Assembly (NCBI GenBank): GCA_963849245.1
Contig: CAWKIY010000061.1
Location: 1-14,984, forward strand
Direction: 5' to 3'
DNA: 14,984 nt
DNA from: a candidate division FCPU426 bacterium
Lineage (GTDB): Bacteria > Oederibacteriota > Muellerivitia > Muellerivitales > Muellerivitaceae
Positions within the stretch are counted from its first letter, which is position 1. Each line of letters opens with the position of its first letter. The position numbers and the translations under genes are program-made. Below the pieces are notes generated by a model. It did no database searches, was not told the DNA's origin, and saw nothing but the letters and a program-made list of their open reading frames with translations. Of this stretch, positions 1 to 7,513 are shown in pieces.

Positions 1-329
1 AAAAGACTATTGAGGGAGACACCTACCTGAACCAAGATTTGAAACTGAATGAAGACGGGCAAGTTACTCTTCTGTGGGCGGACAGCCCGGCGGATCAAGC
101 GGGTTTGAAATTGGGGGATTATGTTTGGAACGTGGGGAAGTACGCAAACCAACAGTCGAACCATGCGGCCCTGGAAGCGCAATTACAATCTCTCGCGGCG
201 GGACAATATCCGTTATATGTCGTGACTTCGGCGGATTGGATCAAGGCGAGGACCGATGTCGCCAACGGACAGGCGGATGAGTTTAACCCCACGCGACACA
301 GGTTGAAATTGGTGGTGCCCCTACCCTGA
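1..329 (+). CDS. C-terminal fragment of a PDZ-like domain protein (gene begins upstream of window; frame enters at base 3)
   Basis: The frame is open from the window edge to TGA at 327-329. It contains a PDZ-like GLKLGDYVWNVG motif. The ORF track calls only the Met-initiated part (39-329), but the upstream codons KTIEGDTYLNQDLKL are also open. Confidence 0.45.
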   Translation, partial: KTIEGDTYLNQDLKLNEDGQVTLLWADSPADQAGLKLGDYVWNVGKYANQQSNHAALEAQLQSLAAGQYPLYVVTSADWIKARTDVANGQADEFNPTRHRLKLVVPLP

Positions 330-360
330 GGCGACCAGCCGAAGGGTGAGGTTTGGGTGT

Positions 361-385
361 GCCAATTTCCGAATAAGAAATTGGC
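361..385. repeat. Stem-loop GCCAATTTC-(7 nt)-GAAATTGGC just downstream of the PDZ-like gene
   Basis: A 9-bp perfect inverted repeat read directly from the sequence. No T-run follows, so it is not a canonical terminator. Confidence 0.4.
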
Positions 386-452
386 GGCCTAAGAAAGGGT
401 TTAACCTCCGTCGAAATTGTAAAATAAAAATCGAGCTCCGAGATTTGATGTG

Positions 453-483
453 AACTTGAAGTGCCAAGTTGGCACTTCAAGTT
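453..483. repeat. 31-bp perfect palindrome AACTTGAAGTGCCAA-G-TTGGCACTTCAAGTT (candidate operator or protein-binding site)
   Basis: Read directly from the sequence: 15-bp arms around a single central base. It lies in the AT-rich leader about 180 bp upstream of the ORF6N gene. TGCCAA/TTGGCA half-sites recur nearby at about 360 and about 613. Confidence 0.6.
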
Positions 484-660
484 GAGAGTTTCTAAGGTCC
501 AGCTTGTGACCTTCGAAACTGGAAAAGGTCGAATGAAGATTACGTTTCTTGGGGAAGTCGTAAATTTAATATTCCAAATTGGAACATCAAATAAAAATAT
601 AGAAGGTTTGCATGTGGCAATTTTCAATATACGATTAAATGTAATTGGTAAGGAAAAACT

Positions 661-1203
661 ATGAGTGAATTGGTTTCGAACAGCAATGTCGAACAGAAAA
701 TATTTCTTGTTCGCGGTCTGAAGGTAATGTTTTCACAAGATCTTGCGGAACTTTATGGAGTCGAATCAAGGGCTTTGGTGCAAGCTGTAAAACGGAATCG
801 GGAAAGGTTTCCAAACGATTTCATGTTTGAATTATCCCCTCAGGAACTGAAGAACTTGAAATCACAATTTGTGATTTCAAGTTGGGGTGGTTCACGCAGG
901 GCCAAACCGTACGTTTTTACCGAACAAGGTGTCGCCATGTTATCCAGCGTTTTGCGGAGCAAGAAGGCTATTCGGGTAAACATCGAAATCATGAGGGCAT
1001 TTGCCCGATTGAGGGAAATTTTGGCGGTCAACAAAGACTTTGCCCGCAGGCTGGAAGAATTGGAGAGGAAGTATAATGCCCATGACCACCAGTTTCAGGC
1101 GGTATTCGATGCCATTCGGGATTTGATGAAAACTCCGGAGAAACCGAAACGTCGAATTGGGTTTAACGCGGAGGAGTTCCGGGCGCTCTATCGTGTGCGT
1201 TAA
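661..1203 (+). CDS. ORF6N / KilA-N-like domain protein (phage anti-repressor-like DNA-binding protein)
   Basis: A 180-aa ORF with AGGA 6 nt upstream of the ATG. The N-terminal region (KIFLVRGLKVMFSQDLAELYGVESRALVQAVKRNRERFPNDFMFEL...KSQFVISSWGGSRRAKPYVFTEQGVAMLSSVLRS) matches the ORF6N domain consensus as I remember it. The C-terminus is a predicted helical or coiled region. Confidence 0.8.
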   Translation: MSELVSNSNVEQKIFLVRGLKVMFSQDLAELYGVESRALVQAVKRNRERFPNDFMFELSPQELKNLKSQFVISSWGGSRRAKPYVFTEQGVAMLSSVLRSKKAIRVNIEIMRAFARLREILAVNKDFARRLEELERKYNAHDHQFQAVFDAIRDLMKTPEKPKRRIGFNAEEFRALYRVR

Positions 1204-1323
1204 AGAGATTTTATATAGGGCTGGAAAATGTATTGATAGAGGTTTTCTATCGATTCACAAGGAAATTTCAAGCAATTTAAGTTGGGTGGTAACAAAATAT
1301 AAAAGCACGGCCTTAATTTTAAC

Positions 1324-1590
1324 TTGTTGATTTTCTTTATCATGCTTGTGTTTATTCCGGAAATAACATCTTGGCAAAAGAGAATTGTGTTCGTTTTCGG
1401 CATATATGTTTTACTTCTTGTTTTGTATTACGTTCATGAAAAACTTATTCCGAATACTATGATTGTACTGAATGATAAACAGCCGAACATAATTTCTAGA
1501 AGTTGGCCTTCAATTGTATCTTGGCTCTTTGCGATTGTTGCATCGTTAATTGCGGCTTATTTATTTAATTATTTACAAACTAAAAATTAA
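1324..1590 (+). CDS. Possible small hydrophobic (about 3-TM) protein; may be a spurious ORF in AT-rich DNA
   Basis: An 88-aa ORF with three hydrophobic stretches. It is an unusually long open frame for AT-rich DNA, but I saw no clear RBS. AT-rich sequence inflates Phe, Ile and Leu content, so confidence is low. Confidence 0.3.
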   Translation: MLIFFIMLVFIPEITSWQKRIVFVFGIYVLLLVLYYVHEKLIPNTMIVLNDKQPNIISRSWPSIVSWLFAIVASLIAAYLFNYLQTKN

Positions 1591-1618
1591 ACTGATTTTC
1601 TTTAAAAACTTGTTGTGC

Positions 1619-1635
1619 GGATTTTTAAAAAATCC
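1619..1635. terminator. AT-rich hairpin GGATTTTT-A-AAAAATCC lying between the convergent ends of the 1324-1590 ORF and the 1641-2390 gene
   Basis: A near-perfect palindrome followed by TTTTATC on the plus strand. It is a weak candidate bidirectional terminator, with a short AT-only stem. Confidence 0.3.
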
Positions 1636-1640
1636 TTTTA

Positions 1641-2390
1641 TCAAAACCTCTGAACCAACCCCAACTCCACCTGATGCGGGCCTGGCTCGACTAAGAAGGA
1701 AACCGGGTTTTCGTCCTTCACCACGTAGTTATAACGGGTGACCGCGGAATACCTGTCATTGATCGCGTTCGTTTCAAGCGCCAAACCGGCGAGTCCCATT
1801 CCTGCTCCGATTAGTTCGGCTATTACATCCACGGTCAAATCGGGTTGGGTCTGGGTGGGTGTGGTTAAGTTGCCGGTGGCCTGGAAATTGTTGAAACTTT
1901 GGTTTTGGCTGTTCACGTTGGCTTGATAATTGGCCGACAGCCGTCCAATCATATCGATGGTGCCGATGACAACCGCCGCCGCGCCGCCGCCGATGAGTCC
2001 CCAACCCACTGCCTCCTCATCCTTAGCGGCTTCAATCAAGTGGGTCGCTTGCGGGTCTTGAAGGGGATTGATCACACTTTCTAACTGGTCATAACTTTGC
2101 AGGACCGTCCCCTCGTAAGTAAAACTGAGCGGGACATAACAACGCCTAGCCAAGTCCCAGCGGGCTGAGATATCGATGGGTTGGAGATGGCTTTTCGGGG
2201 AGTCCTGTGAATCCGAGTTGTCGGTAGGGGACGCCGCGGCTGGGGTCTGTAATTGCGCTTTTGGCGCTGGAGGCCGGGTATCTTTTGAGGGAATGGGGGT
2301 GGCGGTTGGGAAATCCCAAACGCCCTCTTCTTCGGCCTGGACTTGGGAAAGTCCACTGATCAGCAAAAGAAACACGATCAAGAAACGCAT
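1641..2390 (-). CDS. Secreted hypothetical protein with a Pro/Thr/Ser-rich linker and two Gly-zipper-like hydrophobic segments
   Basis: A 249-aa ORF. GGAGAGG lies 6 nt upstream of the ATG on the minus strand. The N-terminus MRFLIVFLLLISGLSQVQA is a classic signal peptide. The segments GWGLIGGGAAAVVIGTIDMIG and VIAELIGAGMGLAGLALE are Gly-zipper-like. I saw no recognisable catalytic motif. Confidence 0.6.
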   Translation of the reverse strand: MRFLIVFLLLISGLSQVQAEEEGVWDFPTATPIPSKDTRPPAPKAQLQTPAAASPTDNSDSQDSPKSHLQPIDISARWDLARRCYVPLSFTYEGTVLQSYDQLESVINPLQDPQATHLIEAAKDEEAVGWGLIGGGAAAVVIGTIDMIGRLSANYQANVNSQNQSFNNFQATGNLTTPTQTQPDLTVDVIAELIGAGMGLAGLALETNAINDRYSAVTRYNYVVKDENPVSFLVEPGPHQVELGLVQRF

Positions 2391-2730
2391 AGGTCACCTC
2401 TCCAGAATCAGATTTGTCCATCTCGGGGGCGGTTCAACCTATCCCCATTCAATAGAGTCTCGACCTGCGGTTTTATTCCGTTTTTTTGGAATAAAATTTC
2501 ATCGGAGCGCGCTTCCGTTGGTTAGGACGAAGGAGTTTTGGAAAGGTGTCGCGGATATTATTTCCACGAAAAAAATACATCGGAAAAACACGGCCGCGAC
2601 GGCACAAAAACAGCGGAAGGGAGCCGCATTAAATGGGGTCAAAAGTGGAAAAAGAGAATTTTTTAGAATGACAAATTCTTTCGTAAATCCTCTAAAATTG
2701 GATATAAATACCTTCGATCAAGGAATTGGA

Positions 2731-4794
2731 ATGAAAAAATCCCTCTTTGGCCTCATCCTCTTCGCCCTCGCGTCCCCCCTTTTCGCCGATCAAGACCTCT
2801 ACACCGCCCAGGTGCTGGGGAACGGGGTGGTGACGGTTTATCGGAATCAAAACCCCGTGGTCAGCATCGCTCCCCGGATTTACTTGGAGGGGTATGAGAA
2901 TGTCCACATCGATTCCTGGGTGAAAGACCCGGTTTACAACGGGATGGCGACTCTTCCAACGGGAGAACAGGTGGGGCTGGTTTCCTCCGTGACGGTTTCG
3001 GGCGGGGAGATTCACGCCCATTACCGCTTTACGCCTTTGAAAGACGTGAAGGTTTTTCGAGTGCAGGGGCTGGTCTATTGGCCTTATCCGGATTGGGTGG
3101 GGGCGCCTTACCAAATGGGTGAGAGTAAGGGTGTTGTTCCTTCGCAAAAGAAGAAAAATTTTATCCTGGCCCGTTCGAAAGCGGATTCTTTTTCCCTGGG
3201 GCCGACGGCTTCGGAGGAACTGACTTTTCAGGTGAAGGGGGAAGGGCTTAATTGGGGGCTGGTGGATCCTGGGGCAGCTTATCCTTTTTTGGGGCTGGTC
3301 TTGGACCACCACGAGCCGGAGGATAAAACCTGGGTTTGGAAGGCGGGAGAGACAAAGGATTTTGATTATACCGTGACGCTGAACCATGACATTACCACCG
3401 CGGACAGCCTGAGCCGGACAAATCAAGAAGGGTTTGAGGGGACTTGGTACGGGATGGCGCAGGCCAAGGAACGCCGGTTACGGACAGCCCTGCTCATTAC
3501 CCGTGGAACCGATGGGAAATGGACGGTCTATTATGACGACCTGGAAGGCGGGCGGTACCATCAGGTAAATAAAAACGTCACGGTGAAAGGAAACAAGCTT
3601 CACTGGGGAATTGGGCCCGATGTCACGGATATGAGGTTGGACCCGAAGACGGATACGATTCAAGGCGAGGGCAGTTACAAAGGGTTCACCTACACACTGG
3701 ATTTAAAACGGGGCTTGAACTACACCCTGCCCCGGGTGGACGTGGACGGCCAGGCGGTGACGGACTATAGCTACCAGGTGCCCCAAACCCTGGATGACGG
3801 CTGGGCGGTGGGTGATTTGAAAGACAGCCCTTTGAACCCGAAGATTGTTGAAAAGGGAATCCAGGAAATCCTGAATCAAAAGTATTTGAATCAGCAAGGC
3901 CTGGTGGTGGTCCAGAAGGGCAAGCTTTTGGTGGATGAGTATTTCGAGGGCTTTGGGCCGGGGGATATGCATCAACTGCAATCCGTCTCCAAGTCGGTTT
4001 TCTCGATTCTGTTTGGGATCGCCCAGGACCAGGGTTTAATGAATCTGGAAGACAAGCTTTACGACTATTACCCCGACTACCGAAACAAGCCGAATTGGAC
4101 GGACCAGAAGGGCAGAATTAAACTGAAGCATCTCTTGTCGATGTCTTCCGGTTACGATTGCGACGATTGGATGGCGCCGGCGGACAAGTGCTTGAAGGAA
4201 ATGCTGAAGTCTCCCGATTGGATATCGCTGATCCTTTCAGAGCCGATGGCCCATGAACCGGGCACTCATTTCGCTTACTCTTCCTCCAGCATGGAACCCC
4301 TGGGCGAGATTTTGAAAAATAAGAGCGGGTTGAGCGTGTCCGACTTCGCCCAGAAATACCTGAATGATCCCTTGGGGATTCCTTATTTCCATTGGTCTGA
4401 GGGGCCCCATGAGGTTGTGGGAATTTCCGGCGGGGATAAGTTAAGGCCCCGGGACATGGCCAAACTGGGCCAGCTTTATCTGCAGAATGGCAGATGGAAA
4501 GACAAGCAGATCGTGTCCAAAAGATGGGTCGAGGATTCCACCCAGCCCCAGGTGCCCAACCCCAAAGAAGGTCACCGCTACTTTGAGTACGGCTATTTGT
4601 GGTGGATGGAGCAGATGCCCTGCCAGGGCAAGATGGTTCGGGTCTTTTACGCGGCGGGCAAAGGCGGGCAATTTATTTTCGTAGTCCCCGAACTGGAACT
4701 GGTCTGCGCCATGACCGCGGGGGATTATCAATATGATCAAGCCACCTACCCGGGCCATGATTTTTTTGAGACGTATATACTAGGGGCGTTTTAA
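2731..4794 (+). CDS. Secreted two-domain protein: unknown N-terminal domain (~370 aa) plus C-terminal beta-lactamase-fold serine hydrolase (PBP/class-C-like) domain
   Basis: Start is chosen at ATG 2731 for three reasons: AGGA sits 7 nt upstream, the signal peptide MKKSLFGLILFALASPLFA follows immediately, and the 2176-2730 extension is antisense to the neighbouring gene. The C-terminal domain has a SVSKS motif (S-x-x-K) and an AAGKGGQFIFVVPELELV motif typical of the beta-lactamase / esterase family. It also has the motifs HFAYSSS and LVVVQKGKLLVDEYFEGFG. Confidence 0.8.
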   Translation: MKKSLFGLILFALASPLFADQDLYTAQVLGNGVVTVYRNQNPVVSIAPRIYLEGYENVHIDSWVKDPVYNGMATLPTGEQVGLVSSVTVSGGEIHAHYRFTPLKDVKVFRVQGLVYWPYPDWVGAPYQMGESKGVVPSQKKKNFILARSKADSFSLGPTASEELTFQVKGEGLNWGLVDPGAAYPFLGLVLDHHEPEDKTWVWKAGETKDFDYTVTLNHDITTADSLSRTNQEGFEGTWYGMAQAKERRLRTALLITRGTDGKWTVYYDDLEGGRYHQVNKNVTVKGNKLHWGIGPDVTDMRLDPKTDTIQGEGSYKGFTYTLDLKRGLNYTLPRVDVDGQAVTDYSYQVPQTLDDGWAVGDLKDSPLNPKIVEKGIQEILNQKYLNQQGLVVVQKGKLLVDEYFEGFGPGDMHQLQSVSKSVFSILFGIAQDQGLMNLEDKLYDYYPDYRNKPNWTDQKGRIKLKHLLSMSSGYDCDDWMAPADKCLKEMLKSPDWISLILSEPMAHEPGTHFAYSSSSMEPLGEILKNKSGLSVSDFAQKYLNDPLGIPYFHWSEGPHEVVGISGGDKLRPRDMAKLGQLYLQNGRWKDKQIVSKRWVEDSTQPQVPNPKEGHRYFEYGYLWWMEQMPCQGKMVRVFYAAGKGGQFIFVVPELELVCAMTAGDYQYDQATYPGHDFFETYILGAF

Positions 4795-5018
4795 CCACAG
4801 ATGCCCCAAAACCCATTACTTAAAGCAGTTAAGTTGTTTTTTGGGGGCAATACCGATCACTTTGATTTTATTTTTTCAGAGCTAATCGGCATGAACGCGA
4901 ATCAATACCGATAAAACAAATTGATGTTTTTGAAGCTGGGGATTTTACCATCAGTGTTGATCTGTGTTCATCTGTGGTAAAGGTTATATTTATTTTCGAT
5001 TAGTGCATCACAGAATAG

Positions 5019-6458
5019 TTAGGCGATTAAAGTTTTCTTCCTCAAGTCGGTGTTGCTCAAGTGAAGCTGAATGTCCTTGATGATTTGATCGACCGCCAGA
5101 CCCTCCACACAACGGGCTTTCGCGCAGGTTTTCATCATCTTATTGACGCAGGTAATGTTGCGGCAGGGACTTTGGGAAACGTAGGTTTTGGAGGGCGCGT
5201 CCTGATTGGCGGGAGGATAGAGGGGATCGGTGGAATCGTAACCCGACATTCTTGAGGGGGTCGCGCCAAAAACCGAAATGACGAAAGTTTTGTTTCGAAA
5301 CGCGTGATTCCCGGTGCGTGAAACTTTCCGGGCCGCCCCGATATGCAGAGGTCCCGTATCCCCGGAAAGAAAAACATCCGCGTAATCAATTAAAACCGCG
5401 TAGGACTCGATCGGCAGGGTAGGCGGGGGAAGAAAAACCCGGCTTCTTTCCTGCGGGGACAAGGTTTCCAAAAGCTTTTCTCCCATTTCCTCATGAGTAA
5501 AAGACGCCCCCAGCAGGACAGAACAGTCCAGCTTCAGCCATTCCTTGAGAATCCGGGCCTGGTGCCCGAGGGGGATGAGGGTATAGGGGGAAGCCGTATC
5601 AGGATTTAAAAAGAGAATCGGCTTATTCAGGGGAACATCCCGCGCGCGCAGGAAGGTTTGGGCTTTCTGGACAGCCTCATCCGACAGGGTGACCGGAACG
5701 CCCTGAAACCGCCGGGCGGGGGCGGGCAGACCCAGGGTTTGGAAAAGCTCTTCCAGATAGGAATAGGACAAATGCAGGAAATGATTGATGCCTTCGCGGT
5801 TCATTTCACGCCGGATGACTTGAGGGGCGGTGGTCATAAAGTTGAGGACCGCCTGTTTTTTGGAAAAAAGCCATTTGTCCTGCAAAAGGGATGAGGCGTT
5901 GAAGCAAAGGTCATAATGGTTTTCCTGAACCAACTGATGGACAGCTTGGATGTCCTCCGGAGCGGGAAAAACGGATCCCGTGAAGAGGGGATAAAGACGG
6001 GTGATGGCGGGATTACCCCCGATCAGGCCCGCCACTGATTTTTTGACCACATAGTCAATTTGGGCGCCGTGGAAATAATCCCGAAAAGCCATGACCGCCC
6101 CCTGCATCATGACCGCGTCGCCGATATGAATATCCGAGATGACGAGGATTTTGCCGAACCGGGGGATGCCCTTGAGTATCCGAAGGTTTTTGTTGAAAGC
6201 GTTTTTGACGAGAAGTTGATGGCCCAGGACAGGGGGAATGAGGGCGTTCAAAAGCCGGGAACCGCTTTGGGGAAACCAGGCGGTCAGCAGGCTGGTCAGG
6301 TGAAAAAGAAATTTTTGGATTTTGTTTTCAAACCGGGGTTTGGGGGAGTGGAAGAATTTTCGCCGTAACAGACGCCAATGGGTAGTGAGGCCGGGAAAAT
6401 TTGCCGGGAAATTATTTTTGGATAAGCGGCGATCCATTGGAACGGTTAAAAATTTCAT
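5019..6458 (-). CDS. Glycosyltransferase family 9 protein (ADP-heptose:LPS heptosyltransferase-like)
   Basis: The GT9 N-terminal motif ILVISDIHIGDAVMMQGAVMAFRDYFHGAQIDYVVK and C-terminal motif FLSGDTGPLHIGAA...VISVFGATPSRMSGY are both present. The first about 100 aa (MKFLTVPMDRR...) form an unusual extension; the start codon is uncertain and the true start could be internal. Confidence 0.8.
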   Translation of the reverse strand: MKFLTVPMDRRLSKNNFPANFPGLTTHWRLLRRKFFHSPKPRFENKIQKFLFHLTSLLTAWFPQSGSRLLNALIPPVLGHQLLVKNAFNKNLRILKGIPRFGKILVISDIHIGDAVMMQGAVMAFRDYFHGAQIDYVVKKSVAGLIGGNPAITRLYPLFTGSVFPAPEDIQAVHQLVQENHYDLCFNASSLLQDKWLFSKKQAVLNFMTTAPQVIRREMNREGINHFLHLSYSYLEELFQTLGLPAPARRFQGVPVTLSDEAVQKAQTFLRARDVPLNKPILFLNPDTASPYTLIPLGHQARILKEWLKLDCSVLLGASFTHEEMGEKLLETLSPQERSRVFLPPPTLPIESYAVLIDYADVFLSGDTGPLHIGAARKVSRTGNHAFRNKTFVISVFGATPSRMSGYDSTDPLYPPANQDAPSKTYVSQSPCRNITCVNKMMKTCAKARCVEGLAVDQIIKDIQLHLSNTDLRKKTLIA

Positions 6459-6631
6459 TTTTTCACCGATATCCGCCCGGAATTACAAACCAAGCGGTTA
6501 ATTTTTTGGGGTTCCTTTGGGGGTAAGTTAAAGCAAATACCATACCCGTTTTGTGAGTCAGGGGAAGATTAAGAATTCAGGCAGAAGAAGGGTTAAGGAT
6601 GGGACGGAAAATGATTTTTTATTTCCATCAC

Positions 6632-6666
6632 AATCAAAATGATAGTTTTTTTCGATCATTTTGATT
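6632..6666. repeat. Inverted repeat AATCAAAATGAT-(11 nt)-ATCATTTTGATT in the spacer between the GT9 gene and the GT-A pair
   Basis: A 12-bp perfect inverted repeat read directly from the sequence. It lies downstream of the stop of the 6746-7513 gene and upstream of the GT9 start. It could be a terminator-like hairpin or an operator. Confidence 0.5.
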
Positions 6667-6745
6667 TGGGTATTCACTAAAACCGGGAAGGCCTTTCGAT
6701 AAAAAAATAAAAACTTCAAGACAAGAGGGGCGGCGGCGACGGGAC

Positions 6746-7513
6746 CTAGGAGCCTTGGGGAGTGAATTGGGTGGATAAATCCCCGTCGAAAACAATGGGA
6801 CCCACATGCTGAAGGCGGCTTTGGGTGTCCACCCAGATCTCGCCGCCCATACGGGTCCAGCGGCGGCTGAAGCTGAGGTCTTCCGGGAGGTAACGGCCGG
6901 TGGTTTCGTCGATGAACTCGTTGAAAAGCGCGAAACGGTTGGGGCTGTTGGGGAAGGGATCGGTGGCCAGAAAACCGCTGGTATATTTGAGCTCGGGATA
7001 GCGCTGGATCATCTTCTGGAAGACGGATTTTTTAAACAGGACAAAACCCATCCCGGCGTAAAGCGCCTGGGCGAAACCGTTTTTGAGATTTATTTTGGCC
7101 GGATTCTCAAACTCCACCCCGTAGGACCAAAGCTCGCCGCTCTGGACCTTTTTTTGACTTTGATAGATTTGCCGAACCTGATCCAGGTCCAAGCGCTTGT
7201 AGGGATAAACCGCCGCGGTCATTTCCGCGTCAAATTCCAGGAGCCGCAGGACTTGTTCGGGCTTGAAACCGATATCCGAATCGATGAAGAGCAGGTGCGT
7301 CGCCTGCGGGGTTTCCATAAAGCGGGTCACTAAATCCTGGCGGGCCCGGGAAATCAGGGCGTCGCCCCATTGAACCGAGACTTCCACATGGTGGATGCCG
7401 AATTGATGGCTGACTTCCAGAAAGCGCAGGACCGAAGAGGCGTAAACGGCGGAAAGCTGGCCCCCGTAAGCGGGAGTGCCGATCATCAGGTGGAGGGGGG
7501 AATTGGTTTTCAT
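6746..7513 (-). CDS. Putative GT-A-fold glycosyltransferase (paralog A of a tandem pair)
   Basis: A 255-aa ORF. Its motifs are N-terminal LMIGTPAYGGQ, a DxD-like THLLFIDSDIGF, YAGMGFVLF and EDLSFSRRW, which match the Fringe/GT31-like pattern (DxD, GxGF, ED..). It sits adjacent to the GT9 gene. The family assignment is tentative. Confidence 0.55.
   Translation of the reverse strand: MKTNSPLHLMIGTPAYGGQLSAVYASSVLRFLEVSHQFGIHHVEVSVQWGDALISRARQDLVTRFMETPQATHLLFIDSDIGFKPEQVLRLLEFDAEMTAAVYPYKRLDLDQVRQIYQSQKKVQSGELWSYGVEFENPAKINLKNGFAQALYAGMGFVLFKKSVFQKMIQRYPELKYTSGFLATDPFPNSPNRFALFNEFIDETTGRYLPEDLSFSRRWTRMGGEIWVDTQSRLQHVGPIVFDGDLSTQFTPQGS

Larger units (their letters stand above)
330..1640. other. 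AT-rich islet (putative horizontally acquired remnant) carrying an ORF6N/KilA-N-like gene
   Basis: This stretch is visibly much AT-richer than the flanking genes (by eye, not computed). It contains a phage-type ORF6N gene and is bounded by palindromic elements (453-483; 1619-1635). No integrase or transposase lies within the window. Confidence 0.35.

Noticed and set aside
361-385. Possible intrinsic terminator after the PDZ-like gene
   Set aside because: The 9-bp stem is real, but no U-run follows. It is kept only as an inverted repeat.
1774-2084. Arg-rich small ORFs (76 aa minus, 61 aa plus) over the GCCGCCGCGCCGCCGCC tract
   Set aside because: They are frame artefacts over a GC-rich simple repeat inside the 1641-2390 gene, not independent genes.
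2176-2730. Long N-terminal extension of the 872-aa ORF (starting at 2176) that would overlap the minus-strand 1641-2390 gene
   Set aside because: The extension is antisense to a well-supported signal-peptide gene. An internal ATG at 2731 has an AGGA RBS and is followed immediately by a textbook signal peptide. The true start is therefore 2731, with 2668 as a weaker alternative.
2692-3426. 244-aa minus-strand ORF inside the hydrolase gene. Similar antisense ORFs include 3703-3981, 4441-4758, 6806-7333, 9125-9640, and the 10258-11754 minus-strand series.
   Set aside because: These are shadow ORFs antisense to strongly supported genes in GC-rich DNA. Their proteins are Arg/His/Pro-rich and low-complexity, with no RBS or motif support.
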